From Squalus acanthias (Eukaryota): a stretch of DNA of 64,000 bases. Position numbers and translations under genes: made by a program. The stretch spans positions 144,772,001-144,836,000 of the forward strand of contig CM059432.1 of the NCBI GenBank assembly GCA_030390025.1, read 5' to 3'. The notes under the pieces are model-generated. The model saw only the letters and a program-made list of their open reading frames with translations, was not told the origin of the DNA and did no database searches. Of this stretch, positions 24,480-35,504 are shown in pieces (positions within the stretch are counted from its first letter, which is position 1; each line of letters starts with the position of its first letter).

Positions 24480-25198
24480 TGATACAATCTCAACTGCTGC
24501 AGTTGGAGGACTGTGTGCAGTTTAAGGCTCCATGCTATAGGAAGGATGTTGAGGCAATGGAGAGGGTACAGCACAGATTCACTAGGATGCTGCTCGACAT
24601 GAGGAAATACAAATACGAAGATGATTTTGAAAAACTGGGGCTGTTTTGTCAGAACAGAGGAGATTAAGGGGTCATTTGACAGAGGTGTTTAAAGTTATGA
24701 AGGGATGGGACAAGGTAGATAGTGATTCCAGTGATTGTGGGGTCCAGATCAGATCATGGGCCATAGATAGAAGATTAAATGTAAGAGATTTAGGACAGAG
24801 GGCAGGAGAATCGTTTTTCTTTACACAGAGGGCTGTTTGGCTGTGGATTGCACGAACAGCATTAACGCAGTGGTAACAGAAAAACTATTTCCTCTGGTGC
24901 GGGAATCCAGAACAAGGGGCCATAAACCTTAAAATTAGAGCTAGGCCGTTCAGGAGTGAACTCAGGAAGCACTTCTTCACACAAAGGGTAGTGGAAATCT
25001 GGAACGCTCTCCCCGTGGATGCTGGGGGTCAATTGAAACTTTCAAGATTGAGATAGAAAGATTTTTGCTGGGTAAGGGTATCAAGAGATACGGAGCAAAG
25101 GCGGGTAAATGGAGTTGAGGTACAGATCAGCCGTGATCTAACTGAATGCTGGAGCAGGCTCGGGGGGTTGAATGACCTACTCCTGTTCCTATGTTCCT
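24480..25198 (+). mobile_element. Two adjacent CR1 3' fragments
   Basis: CVQFKAPCYRKDVEAMERVQHRFTRM and FFTQRAV peptides, then a younger 3' end with GAATGACCTACTCCTGTTCCTATGTTCC. Confidence 0.85.
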
Positions 25199-25379
25199 GG
25201 ATTATCTGGCCATTATCACATTGCTGTTTGTGGGACTTTACTGTGTGCAAATTGGCTGCTGCGTTTCCCTACATTACAATAGTTAGTACACTTCAAAAGT
25301 ACTTCATTGGTTGTAAAGTGCTTTGGGACATCCTGAAATTGAGAAAAGTGCAATATAAATGCAAGTTCTTTCTTCTTTT
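25199..25379 (+). mobile_element. DeuSINE 3' fragment
   Basis: CACATTGCTGTTTGTGGGAC..CTTCAAAAGTACTTCATTGG..TATAAATGCAAGTTCTTTC. Confidence 0.8.
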
Positions 25380-27865
25380 AGTATCCCACCAACTGAAGCA
25401 CAATTGCCAGTGACATGCAACAACTTGAAAGGGAGAACTCCCAGAAGCTCACTTGGACCACCCACGAACTTCTAAAATTGTTTAATGTTAGGTGATTGAC
25501 TAACATTAAAATTGAAACAGCATTTTGCTGCCACTCAGCACAGCTCCGCATCTGGATACATGTTTGTTTGCAATCGAGCTATGCCTTGCGTTGCCTGACC
25601 AGTGATATACAGCCTGCGGTATAACTCGGCACCGACAGCTCCACGAGCAGGTACTGGTGTTGGGGTATACTGGGTGGGGTGGTCAGTAATGGTCTCAGCA
25701 GAAACGACCAGCTGCATCGCCAGAGGTGTGTGCAAGCTGCCTTCAACACCAGCTTCCATCAAGGGCGTTTTGGCCACCTTGGGTCCAGCAGCTGGAACTA
25801 GGTGCATGGGACAGCTTTGAACTGGCAGCAAGAGCAGAGAAATGGGGGGGAATGCTGCTGGAGAGGCAGTATATTTCAACTTCAGAAAAGCGATCAACAG
25901 TATAATTTTCTATTATCGACAAGTTTCCATTCATTGCCAGAGAGGTCTCTTCTGTTATGGCCGATAACCGAGGGTCTTAACCGTAATATGTCACTCGCTA
26001 CAGATAGGATGTAACAATCAAGTGCACGTTGAGTAAATGATGTGTTGGCCAACAGACTGCAAAGTGTCCTTCCTTGTCCTGGTATTACATCGATAGCTGC
26101 TGAAATCAGTGGCATTCTGGACACGCGCGCAACAGTATAACCTGCGGACAGAAGGGGCTCGGTGGCAGTGAGGAGGTCCCTGCAGTTCCCAACAGCAGCA
26201 GGCACCACGCTACGCTGGCAGCGCCAGGCATCGGTCAATGGCTGATTGGCTGTGGGGTGCTGCAGAAAAAGTCAATTATGTCTGTCTGTGAACAAACAAG
26301 AGCCAGGCACAGAGAGAAAGATGTCACAAGCAGCAGGGCAAGAAAGAGCAAAGAGTACAGCAGAAAAAAGGCGAAGGGTGATTTAGAAGGGAAATAGAAT
26401 TGAAAGAGAGTCAAACAGTAAGTAATGCAAACGCATCGTAATAAACTTAGATCAAAACTTTCCTGTATACAGCCAAGAAAATTCAACAAAAAAACTATTT
26501 CAATCATTTTCTTGGCCTCAAAAGGACATTGAATTCCATCACCTTTCCCAAGGGCCGCATCAAGCTAAATCTGATTTTGTGACACTTTAACGTGATCCTG
26601 AGCTGAATTTCCGTGCCCACATTTGTTCCATCACCAACACAGCCTTCTTCCATCTTGGAAAGTTGCCAGCCTCCAGCCCTACTGCTAGCAAGGCTCTAAT
26701 CCATACTGGTATCATCCCAAGGTTTGACTTCCTAAAGGATGATCAATGTTTAGAATAATCCATCAAGCAGGGTACTGGAGTCAGGAATACTGGGGGCAAT
26801 CAAAGTGCAGCTGGATGCCGGACTGGGAGAGGTAGGGATTACAATGGGCCAAATTGGCTTTTTCTCATCCTCAGCTTTTCTTATGTTCTCCTGCACATAG
26901 AAGAAAGCCAACTAAACATAGAGAAAAGTAGGAAACAAATGGTATTCAGGAACTGTCTAACCACAACACGGGGGTAGTGCTCTGTCAGTAGTCCCATTAA
27001 ACCCTCACTGAAGCACAGCTGCCTCATATCTAGAATGATTTAGTGAATAGATCTCACCTGGCAAATTTTAATCACAGGCTGGCTTACCCTCCGAGTTTTC
27101 ATTCTTTCATTTTTTAAAATGTCTCTCCATTGCCCAGCAAAGTTCAATTCGAGGTAAACCAGATGACTTTTTCCATTGTTCCCTAAATCTGTTCCAGATG
27201 ACTCTGCCCTTTCCAGCTCTTTTGTCTTCACTATGTGGCCAGAACTAGAATGATGGCTGTAATACACACTAGAGGAATGAATAAAACTCTCTGTACTGTA
27301 CTTCAGAACTACATATTTGTCGAGAGTCAACACACAGTGGCGCTCTCTTGCCTGATCATAAATCTACATTGTTTGTTATATTTCAAGTGGATTTTGGACA
27401 CAATATTATTTATTTGAAAGACTTTTAGAGCCATGGAATCTATGAGGAGGAAGAAATGAACCTGTGCTTGGGTATTTCTAAAATCTGACTACTTTCCTGC
27501 TGTTCAATTTTAATCGGTGTTACAGCATCACTGCTGGTTGGGCCCTGGCGTCAAAGGCCAAATGGAGGAGTTGATTCCAGCTATCAACCAGTTTCAACTC
27601 AGCTAGTGCTGTAACAAAAAGTATTACAATGGGAGGTGAACTATACCCATTAACAAACACAGCATAAAAAGTCTCAACTACACAAGCAGACAGCGACACT
27701 TCCCATCCCTTCCACATCAGGCATCACGTACAGTAACAGCAATGACAGGGACTTGCAGTTCTCTTAACAACACCGGACAATCATTAGAACAATGACAAGT
27801 ATGCGAAAGGCAATATTCGTGGAACATCGAACTATGTTTCAGATAGTTTTTCTAAACACACTAAC

Positions 27866-28018
27866 CTGTCGATATGTTCCATCCAGTAAAGTATCTAGGT
27901 TACGTAGAGGCGTGGGAGTTTTGTCCTTGAAATGTGTTAAAAGTCGCCGTTGGATAGCTCTGTACTGTACAGCCCTTTCTGAAAGAAGCTCCTTATACTT
28001 CTCAGCATTTAGCCGCAA
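27866..28018 (-). CDS. BBS9: BBS9 internal exon, 153 nt: LRLNAEKYKELLSERAVQYRAIQRRLLTHFKDKTPTPLRNLDTLLDGTYRQ
   Basis: ttttgtag| acceptor and CAG|gttagt donor, phase 0/0. Very close to human LLSERAVQFRAIQRRLLARFKDKTPAPLQHLDTLLDGTYKQ. Confidence 0.97.
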
Positions 28019-28190
28019 CTACAAAAACAGAAAGGATCTCATACACTGCTCTGTTTTTCGAAAATAAACATAAAAACTGATCTTTGAGGCGAGTGCATTT
28101 GCTCAAAATACAAACTAAAATTAATTCTCCAATTGCATGACATTATCTGGACTATGGCAGCAACGTAATCAATATTAATTTAAGACAGAC

Positions 28191-28363
28191 CTCAAAATGC
28201 CGATCGACTAGTTGAAAGTACTCTTGCAAAGGAATGGGTCCAGGGAATGTGCACATAAAGTCTTTGGTTTCTTCACTGGCAAAACTCTCTTCTAAACGCT
28301 GAATAAGTTCTTTAGTTATTAGCCAGAGGTCTTCAAACTGGTCACATTGAATTCTGTACCGAC
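28191..28363 (-). CDS. BBS9: BBS9 internal exon, 173 nt: SRYRIQCDQFEDLWLITKELIQRLEESFASEETKDFMCTFPGPIPLQEYFQLVDRHFE
   Basis: ttctcag| acceptor and GAG|gtctgt donor, phase 1/0. Contains RYRIQ..QFEDLWLIT and IPLQEYF motifs of PTHB1. Confidence 0.96.
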
Positions 28364-28929
28364 CTGAGAAGTTGAATTAAAAATATATGAATGTTTCTTC
28401 CTGCAGACTCATTTGAAAGGAAGGAGAATTGCAGCAGCGTTTTCAGGGTCACTTTTACTACAATACTATAGTTCAATTTTTATTCATTACTTATCAGACA
28501 TCGTCATTTCTATTGAGTTCAACCTATTCCTACCTGCTTTGTCATTTCTAAAAGCAACACTTTCACACATTTATATGATTAATTGTTCTTATGTCCAAAA
28601 TTTCCTCTAAAATAAGCGATGTGCACAAAACCACAGCACTTCATTACAAAAAAGGACTTATTTATTTCATTGTTCAATGATTCATTTTTAATATTTTTCT
28701 ACAGAGTGAAATTCAAGTGATATTAGGTTGTAATTTTTCTTGACTGTTAAAATACCATGTAACCATCCAAATCACAGTAGATTTCGGTTTCTGTCTGCTT
28801 TAATTTATGAACTCCACCATCTGCAATCTTTTGATGGATCTCGTATGAACATAACTATTCTCAATTTACAAAGGGGCGCCTGGCAGCACTCAAGAGAGAG
28901 CTGGAGCCTGGAAGCACTCAGGACTGAGA

Positions 28930-29375
28930 TGTCCTGAGAGAACTTGGAGAGGAAGTCTGACAGAAATAAGAGGGGGCCTGGGAGAAATTGGAGGTACTCT
29001 AGCCAAGAACACCTTGGGGTTTTGGAAAGTCCATGAGAACTCTCGGGGAGCTTTGGTCCAAAAGAACTCTGTGGTGGGCGGTGAGGGGAATCATGCCTCA
29101 AGAACCTCTGGCAATGTCCCTTCAGAGAGCTTGGGGTGATTTTTTTTGGATATTGCTACAAAGGGATGGTCTGGGATGGGACAGGGTGATAAAGGAGAAC
29201 TATAGGGGCGATCTTAGTTCTGCGAGAACTCTGGGAGATCTGGGAGAAAGGCATGACCGTGAAGACATGAGGTAGGGGCTTCCAGTCTCGGAGAAATCTT
29301 GGCAGAGTGGTCTCGGCGAACTTGGACTGTTTGGGTGGATTCTAGGAGAGATGGTCTCAGAGAACTCTGGGAAGG
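28930..29375 (+). repeat. Degenerate array of a GAGAAC(TC)TTGG-like motif
   Basis: About a dozen irregularly spaced motif variants, e.g. at 28938, 28982, 29035, 29062, 29100, 29195, 29224, 29291, 29317 and 29360. Confidence 0.55.
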
Positions 29376-29510
29376 GTGGTGTGTAGTTGGGAGATATGAG
29401 GTAATCGTGGTATCTCTTGGTGAATGTGTCGGGCAGAGGAAAGGGGAGAGCCATGCACTGGCTGGCAGCAGAGGCAGGCGGCTTGGTGAGTGGCACAGTC
29501 CTGGAGTAGT

Positions 29511-30028
29511 AACATAGGAATAGGAGGAGGCCATTCAGTCCCTCGAGCCTGTTCCGCCATTCAATGAGATCATGCCTGATCTGTACCTTAACTCCATTTA
29601 CCCGCCTCAATCCGTAACCCTTAATACACTTGCCTAACAAAAATCCATCAGTCTCAAGTTTTGAAATGTTCAATTGACCCCCCAGCCTCAAAGCTTTTTG
29701 GGGGAGAGAGTTCCAGATTTCCACTACTCTTGTGTGAAGAAGTGCTTCCCAACATCACCACTGAACTACCTAGCTTTAAGGTGATGCCCCCTTGTTCTGG
29801 ACTCCCCTCACCAGAGGAAACGGTTTCTCTCTATCTACCCTATCAACTCTTTTAATCATCTTAAACACCTCAATTAGATCACCCCTTAATCTTCTAAACT
29901 CGAGGGAATACAAGCCTAGTCTATGCAACCTGCCCGTATAATTTAACTCTCTAAGCCATTAAGTATCATTCTGGTGAATCTGCACCTGCACCCCCTCCAA
30001 GGCCAATGTGTCCTTCCTGAGGTGCGGT
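29511..30028 (-). mobile_element. CR1 LINE 3' fragment
   Basis: EIWNSLPQKA peptide and GAATGGCCTCCTCCTATTCCTATG tail. Confidence 0.9.
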
Positions 30029-31737
30029 ACAACGGTGCAGTATTTTGTTAACCATTTTCCAGCTCAGGTTGTGTTCCCACGAGCATGTTACTTTTCTCTC
30101 CCCAAAACGCAACTCTCCTGGAGTTCTTGCTACGCGCGACCTCACTTTATCCGGAGACCAACTGCTGAGGTGCAACTCCACAGCAAAGGAGCACATCAGA
30201 ACTTGGGGCTGCTGGAGAAGGAGAGACTACCTTGAGAGTGAGATTAGACAGGAAGTGAAGGACCAAGTCGGTGACGGAGGCTGAAAGAAAGAATAAGGAA
30301 AAGAGCCCAGTGTTATTTTTACTGCTGACCCCTTACTGCAGTGCTCAAACTCAGGGTCCTGCAGGCTGACTCAAGGGGAGGAGACTGAAATTTGCCCGAT
30401 GCAGTGCCCCTCGTCAACACCGGGACTGTCGAAGAACTATTCGAGATAAATGACAACACCAGAGCCTGGCTTTGCTTTGGAGAGGCAAGCTATGATGATT
30501 ACTGTTGCATTCAAGCTCTGGGTCCTGCTGGCTGATGTAAGGAGAGACGCCCTGCAATGTTTAGTTCTATTTTGTGACAAGTGGAGTAGTTTCCCCAGTG
30601 GGAACTACAATGTTAAATTAGATTACAAATTGATGCAAGGATGATTGTAGTCCCCAGCATCCAATTTATGAGGGAAAGTGGTTGTTAATGAGTTAGACAT
30701 TGCAATCTAAACCTCACTTCTAATAAGGTTTTACTTGAGGGAAGCACCTGGGGATTTTTCAGGTTTACAGTTTCAGAATTGGTTTATAGCCAATGATAAT
30801 GCAATTAGTCCACAGATTTCAGGGAAAGGTGCAATTTGCACATCATTCATGTGCTGTTTCTTGTTGCCTCTCCAAACTGAGACTCTTAAATTGGAAGGAA
30901 ACCTCCAACATAAACCTACTCAAGATCACTATGATAACTCTCATTGTATTCATACAAACTGCTCATTGTGCTCATATACTCCTTTTTTACGCAAAAATAT
31001 GCACAATATTGTATATGCTTTTTTATATTCTATACTTTTTTCACCCGCGATATTTTTGTTGGGTTGAGCATCACTGACCACTCCTGTAAATTGATCTCGA
31101 GTTCCTGATGAACCAGAGTGAGTCATTACCTGCTCATATGCAGGTAAATGTACTGAGACCCGGGGATGAACAGAGAACCCTTGTCACTACTCCAGATTAC
31201 TGTTTGTATCACTGGCTGCTATACGTCTCCTTGCCTTTGGAATATATACTATCAGACCACAGCTCAGGCTACAAAACATTTCACCACTTTTTGAACACGG
31301 AACAGGTAAAAGAATTCTGTATATATTCATTATATAAACAAAATATACATTCCATAAATAATCAATACATGAATGAAACTCAATACAAACAGGATATTTA
31401 CAGTAATTACAAACTTTTACTAATCACCTTGAAATAACAAAACAACAAAGTCTCCTGCGCTAACCCTCAACAGTCACTTACTTCTAATGTGACTGCTCGC
31501 TGCCACAGAGTTTCTGATTAGCTTAGTATTCCTGAGTCTCAGACTGACTGATTCTTGTTCCAATACAGCCAGAACATAGCTCCATATGTCACTGAAGATA
31601 TCCCAGAACAAAGGGAATTAAAACCAATTATTTCTATACTAAATTTAAGTGGCCAGCCAGTCACAGGATTCATAACAGCCTCTGTCCACACAAATATATC
31701 TGCTAAATCTAGTAAACAGCCCCTCGGCATGTTTGGG

Positions 31738-31781
31738 GTGGAATGGGATGGAATGGCATGGAATAGAATGGAATGGAATGG
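31738..31781 (+). repeat. (TGGAA)n-like pentamer repeat
   Basis: gtggaatgggatggaatggcatggaatagaatggaatggaatgg. Confidence 0.85.
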
Positions 31782-32307
31782 CTTGAACCATTCATCAGCT
31801 GTAAACATTGTGAATGATCTGCGAGATGGAACTCCTTCCAAGAACAATGCGGCAATCAATCTCAAGGCCTTTTCTTGACGTGTGTCCATCAGCCGGTACG
31901 GGAAGCACATTTTCTGCAGCCCGACAATAACTAGCATTACCCAATTGTAATGTGTGCCATCACTAGCAAGAAAAAAATCCAACAAATAATACAACTCGAG
32001 ACAAAAATATTTCATTTTGTCACACCATTAGAAATTAATGAAAGCCGCCCAACAACTTCAAACAAAGCTGACAACCTAAAAAGAGCCCTGACATATAGTT
32101 ATACTGAAACTGCAGTGAAGCACAGACATGTCATAGCTTAAGCTACAAGAATGCCCAACATTCTATCAGTTGTACAGCGGAAGACTGTGGCAAACACTGC
32201 GGGGATTTCTTGCAAAGAAACTGCAGGCTATTGTGAACATGTATTGCTATTGTTTGTTGCTAAATCTGATTACTGAATTGCTTATTAAAATTGTCAGAGT
32301 GACGCAA

Positions 32308-32712
32308 GGGGTGCTCCTCTCCCCCACCCCAAGATCACACTGGTGCTCTTGCTCTCACCCTCGCAGCTCACCCTTAAGGTCTTCTCTCCCTTAACTCAAA
32401 TTGGCACTCTTCTCTCCTCATCCCAGTGCATATTCGCCTCCCCTCCCCTCTCCTAGAATTTACATGGCACCTTTTGCCCCTCTCTTACAATTTACTCTGG
32501 CACTTTCTTCCTCCTGCCCCCAGTTCACACCAGCACCTTTCTCCCCCTTCACCCTCAGTTCATTCTGACAATCTTCTATCCGCCCCCTTTCATTTCAAGC
32601 TGGCACCCTTTTCTTCTCCGCGCCCCTTCAAGTTCAGGCTGGAGCTTTTCTCCAACTCCCTCTTAAATTCCAGTTACAAGTCGCCATTCACAAGACACTC
32701 TTCTTTCCTGGT
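32308..32712 (+). repeat. Old pyrimidine-rich minisatellite, unit ~30-35 bp
   Basis: Recurring CAGTTCA.ACTGGCAC(C/T)TTTCTCC-like units. Confidence 0.65.
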
Positions 32713-34005
32713 TCGGCCCTTCACTGCTGGTCTCAACTCCTACCTGACGTTGATGCTCACGGGATCAAGCTGTACTGAGCATTGTGGAAAGGAGTTCCTC
32801 ATCTTGTGGTAGCAGGCAGCCCAAAGCAGCAATTGTTGGTCAGAGCCCAGAGTAGCGCTAAGGGATGGATCAAGGAACCATTGATTTTTGCCTGCAAATG
32901 TGGACAAGTGGACACTGACTCCATAATTATGTCCGTTTGAAATGCTGATGGTTAGCATGCATGTGGATAGAATCATCAGGGGACGAATTATGCTCGTTAG
33001 CTTCTTCTTCACCTAAATCAGGTATCACTTTATGTTTTTACTGAAAGTAAAATTCAAGTTCATTTTCAGAAGAAAATGTTAGCCTTTCTGATCAAATTGG
33101 CAAAGCAGGCACAAATATTGTCTTTTTTTCCATACTCTTGCACACTTAAAGAACTTTATGGCAGAGTGTATTTGGCATTAACGTCTGTGCTCACTGCTGA
33201 AATGAAATAAACTTTTCAACACAAGAGTGACCCTTTGCATATACAGTAGGAAACCCTATTCACAGTGCCATAGAAATGATTAAAGGGAAAAAGCTGCAGA
33301 ATGTTATTCTTGGAGATTTCAAGACGTTGTACTTAATTTCTGCTTGGAACAATGGGAATCATGCTGCCAACAGGATCAAAAGGTCCTATATACCAATAAG
33401 CAATATAGCATGTGAATTAATGATTAGCTCAATGGGAAAACCATGTCTAATGTAGATTATATCTGAATGTACACTCCACATACCATGGGTCGGTCATCTA
33501 CCCAATTGGGAGAGAAAAAAAAAGTCTCTTCTTTTAAGAGATTTCTTGGCAGAACCGAGTCATCCTCCCATAACCTGCAATTCTTTTGTGACTGCCAGAG
33601 GCATTGGCATAAGGTCAGTAAGTGACCCCAGAAGATCTCAATACCTCTGACTCAAAGGAAAAGGTTAAACTGAACCTCAACAAACTAAGTATCTACAATT
33701 GAAACCAGACAACTTTTTTTTTCCGCAAAACTGTGCCCATCAGATAACCATGTACAAAAATTGTTACAATAGCACTTATTAGGAGCCAATATTACATTAC
33801 CAGCCTACTCATCCAGTATGACGTTGCATGCTCCTGTTCAAAGAGGCAAGGGAGAGAAGCACAATATGGGAAGTAGATTCAAAAGAATAACTACAATATT
33901 TGAAATCAGATAAACTCCCTCCTTATTAATATGTCACATGCCATGAGTAGCTGTTAGTTAATTTGAAGGCAGTTAATGGGGATAATCACAGAAGATCATA
34001 CTCAC

Positions 34006-34101
34006 TTGACGTCTTTGAGGCTAGAAGTGTAATCGTTGCCCCCGAGAGTAATTTAAATCCCAAAACGTTTATCTGCTCATCATCTGACTCTCCAAGAAAA
34101 T
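34006..34101 (-). CDS. BBS9: BBS9 internal exon, 96 nt: DFLGESDDEQINVLGFKLLSGATITLLASKTS
   Basis: aaacag| acceptor and |gtgagt donor, phase 1/1. Resembles human GFASQSDDDQVNVMGFHFLGGARITVLASKTS. Confidence 0.96.
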
Positions 34102-34494
34102 CTGTTTTTAAAAAAAAATGAAGCTAATTGTAAACATAACTAAATAACAGCTGCACAGCATACCATTACAGAAAGTTCAACATAGAATTATTGCCCAAGT
34201 TAGGTTTTGTGAAGATGTTAAAGCTACACATTTTCTAATTGTTTGATAAGTAATTAAACTGACTAAAAATACTTAAATGTTTTTAAATTGGAACTGAACT
34301 TCAAGAGCTAAAAATATGCTGTTACAACCTTACAAAGAACTTGTCTTGCATTATTTAAGAAAAAAAATTATGGGACCGTTTATAAAAGCATAGCTAATGG
34401 GGTGTAAAATGTAATTCTATATTATATACACGAGAATAATTATGTTTACTGAGCTTTTTGCATGTCCCAAATGGAGGAGCTCCAGTGAAGTACT

Positions 34495-34775
34495 GAGAAG
34501 CTGAGCTGAGCTGAGCTGCCCAGGAAGGTCTCGGGTTCGATAGTGCGCTGAGCTCACTAACCTCAGCAATGAGGGTGCTGCAGCTGGGCTCAGTGCCCGG
34601 ATTAATAAGATGAAGTGGGATTGCAATCCAGCAACCTTTGCTGGAAGTCTGTGCAAGGACGAGACCAGGCTCAGCTGTGATACCCCAGTGATAAAACATC
34701 CCACTGGCACTCACTGACCAGGCTCATACACAAAGAATGGTACCAGAACCCATGAAACCACACCGACAAGGTGTC
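34495..34775 (+). mobile_element. Probable ancient SINE remnant
   Basis: B-box-like GGGTTCGAT at ~34533 followed by a GC-richer body in AT-rich intron. Family not determined. Confidence 0.35.
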
Positions 34776-34970
34776 ATGCTCTTCAGCAGAGGAAGGAAGA
34801 CAATTGTGGGGGAAATAAAAAATATTCTGGACTAGAGAATTAACAGCATTACAGAAATACACTTCATGTTATATGCTAGCTAAGGTTGATTTGCCCTGTA
34901 ATTATTCCATAGTTACCCAAGTTATAACTGGCAATAACTCATGCCACATTCATGAAACTAGAGCACTTAC

Positions 34971-35111
34971 CTGGAAAGAGAGCCGATAGGTTTACAGGAG
35001 GTTTGTTTGTGTCAATTGTTATTTTGTGAGCAGCATTCTTCGAGGGTTGAATTGGTTGGCAAATTAGGTTCAGCGGCAAACTAAATGTACACTGTACAAT
35101 TCGGGGAACAC
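34971..35111 (-). CDS. BBS9: BBS9 internal exon, 141 nt: GVPRIVQCTFSLPLNLICQPIQPSKNAAHKITIDTNKPPVNLSALFP
   Basis: ttgcag| acceptor and CAG|gtaagt donor. Peptide resembles human GIPRVIQCKFRLPLKLICLPGQPSKTASHKITIDTNKSPVSLLSLFP (recalled). Confidence 0.96.
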
Positions 35112-35504
35112 CTGCAAGGCAAGATTACTTTTAAACTTTGGAACAAGACTTTATATGGAGATTTATATTCTGCTGCTATATTTTTAAAGCTTACTTCCAA
35201 GTAATACTTTGCTCATGTAATCTTATCCCCATCATTTGAGCCTCTCCGCCTTTACACTGTCAAACTTTTGGCCATGAGACGAGATGACTTTGTTCCAGAT
35301 TTCTCTACAGTTACCATCGATTGTGCTCCGAGCGAAATGACTTGAGACATGGTTTGTGAGCCAGGATCAGAACTTTCTCCCCTCAAAGGGCATTTGTTCC
35401 CTTCGCCAAGCTGAAATGTTTTGCTAAACTGAACTGGTCCATCTAAAAACTAGAGAAATTTACCGATGGAACGTCACCATGAGAAGATGGGAACCAAACT
35501 CTAT

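Noticed and set aside
27792..28067. Plus-strand 91-aa ORF
   Set aside because: Antisense shadow of the 153-nt BBS9 exon.
28930..29375. Repeat-spacer pattern as a CRISPR array
   Set aside because: Repeats are short, degenerate and irregularly spaced, there are no cas genes, and the context is a vertebrate intron.
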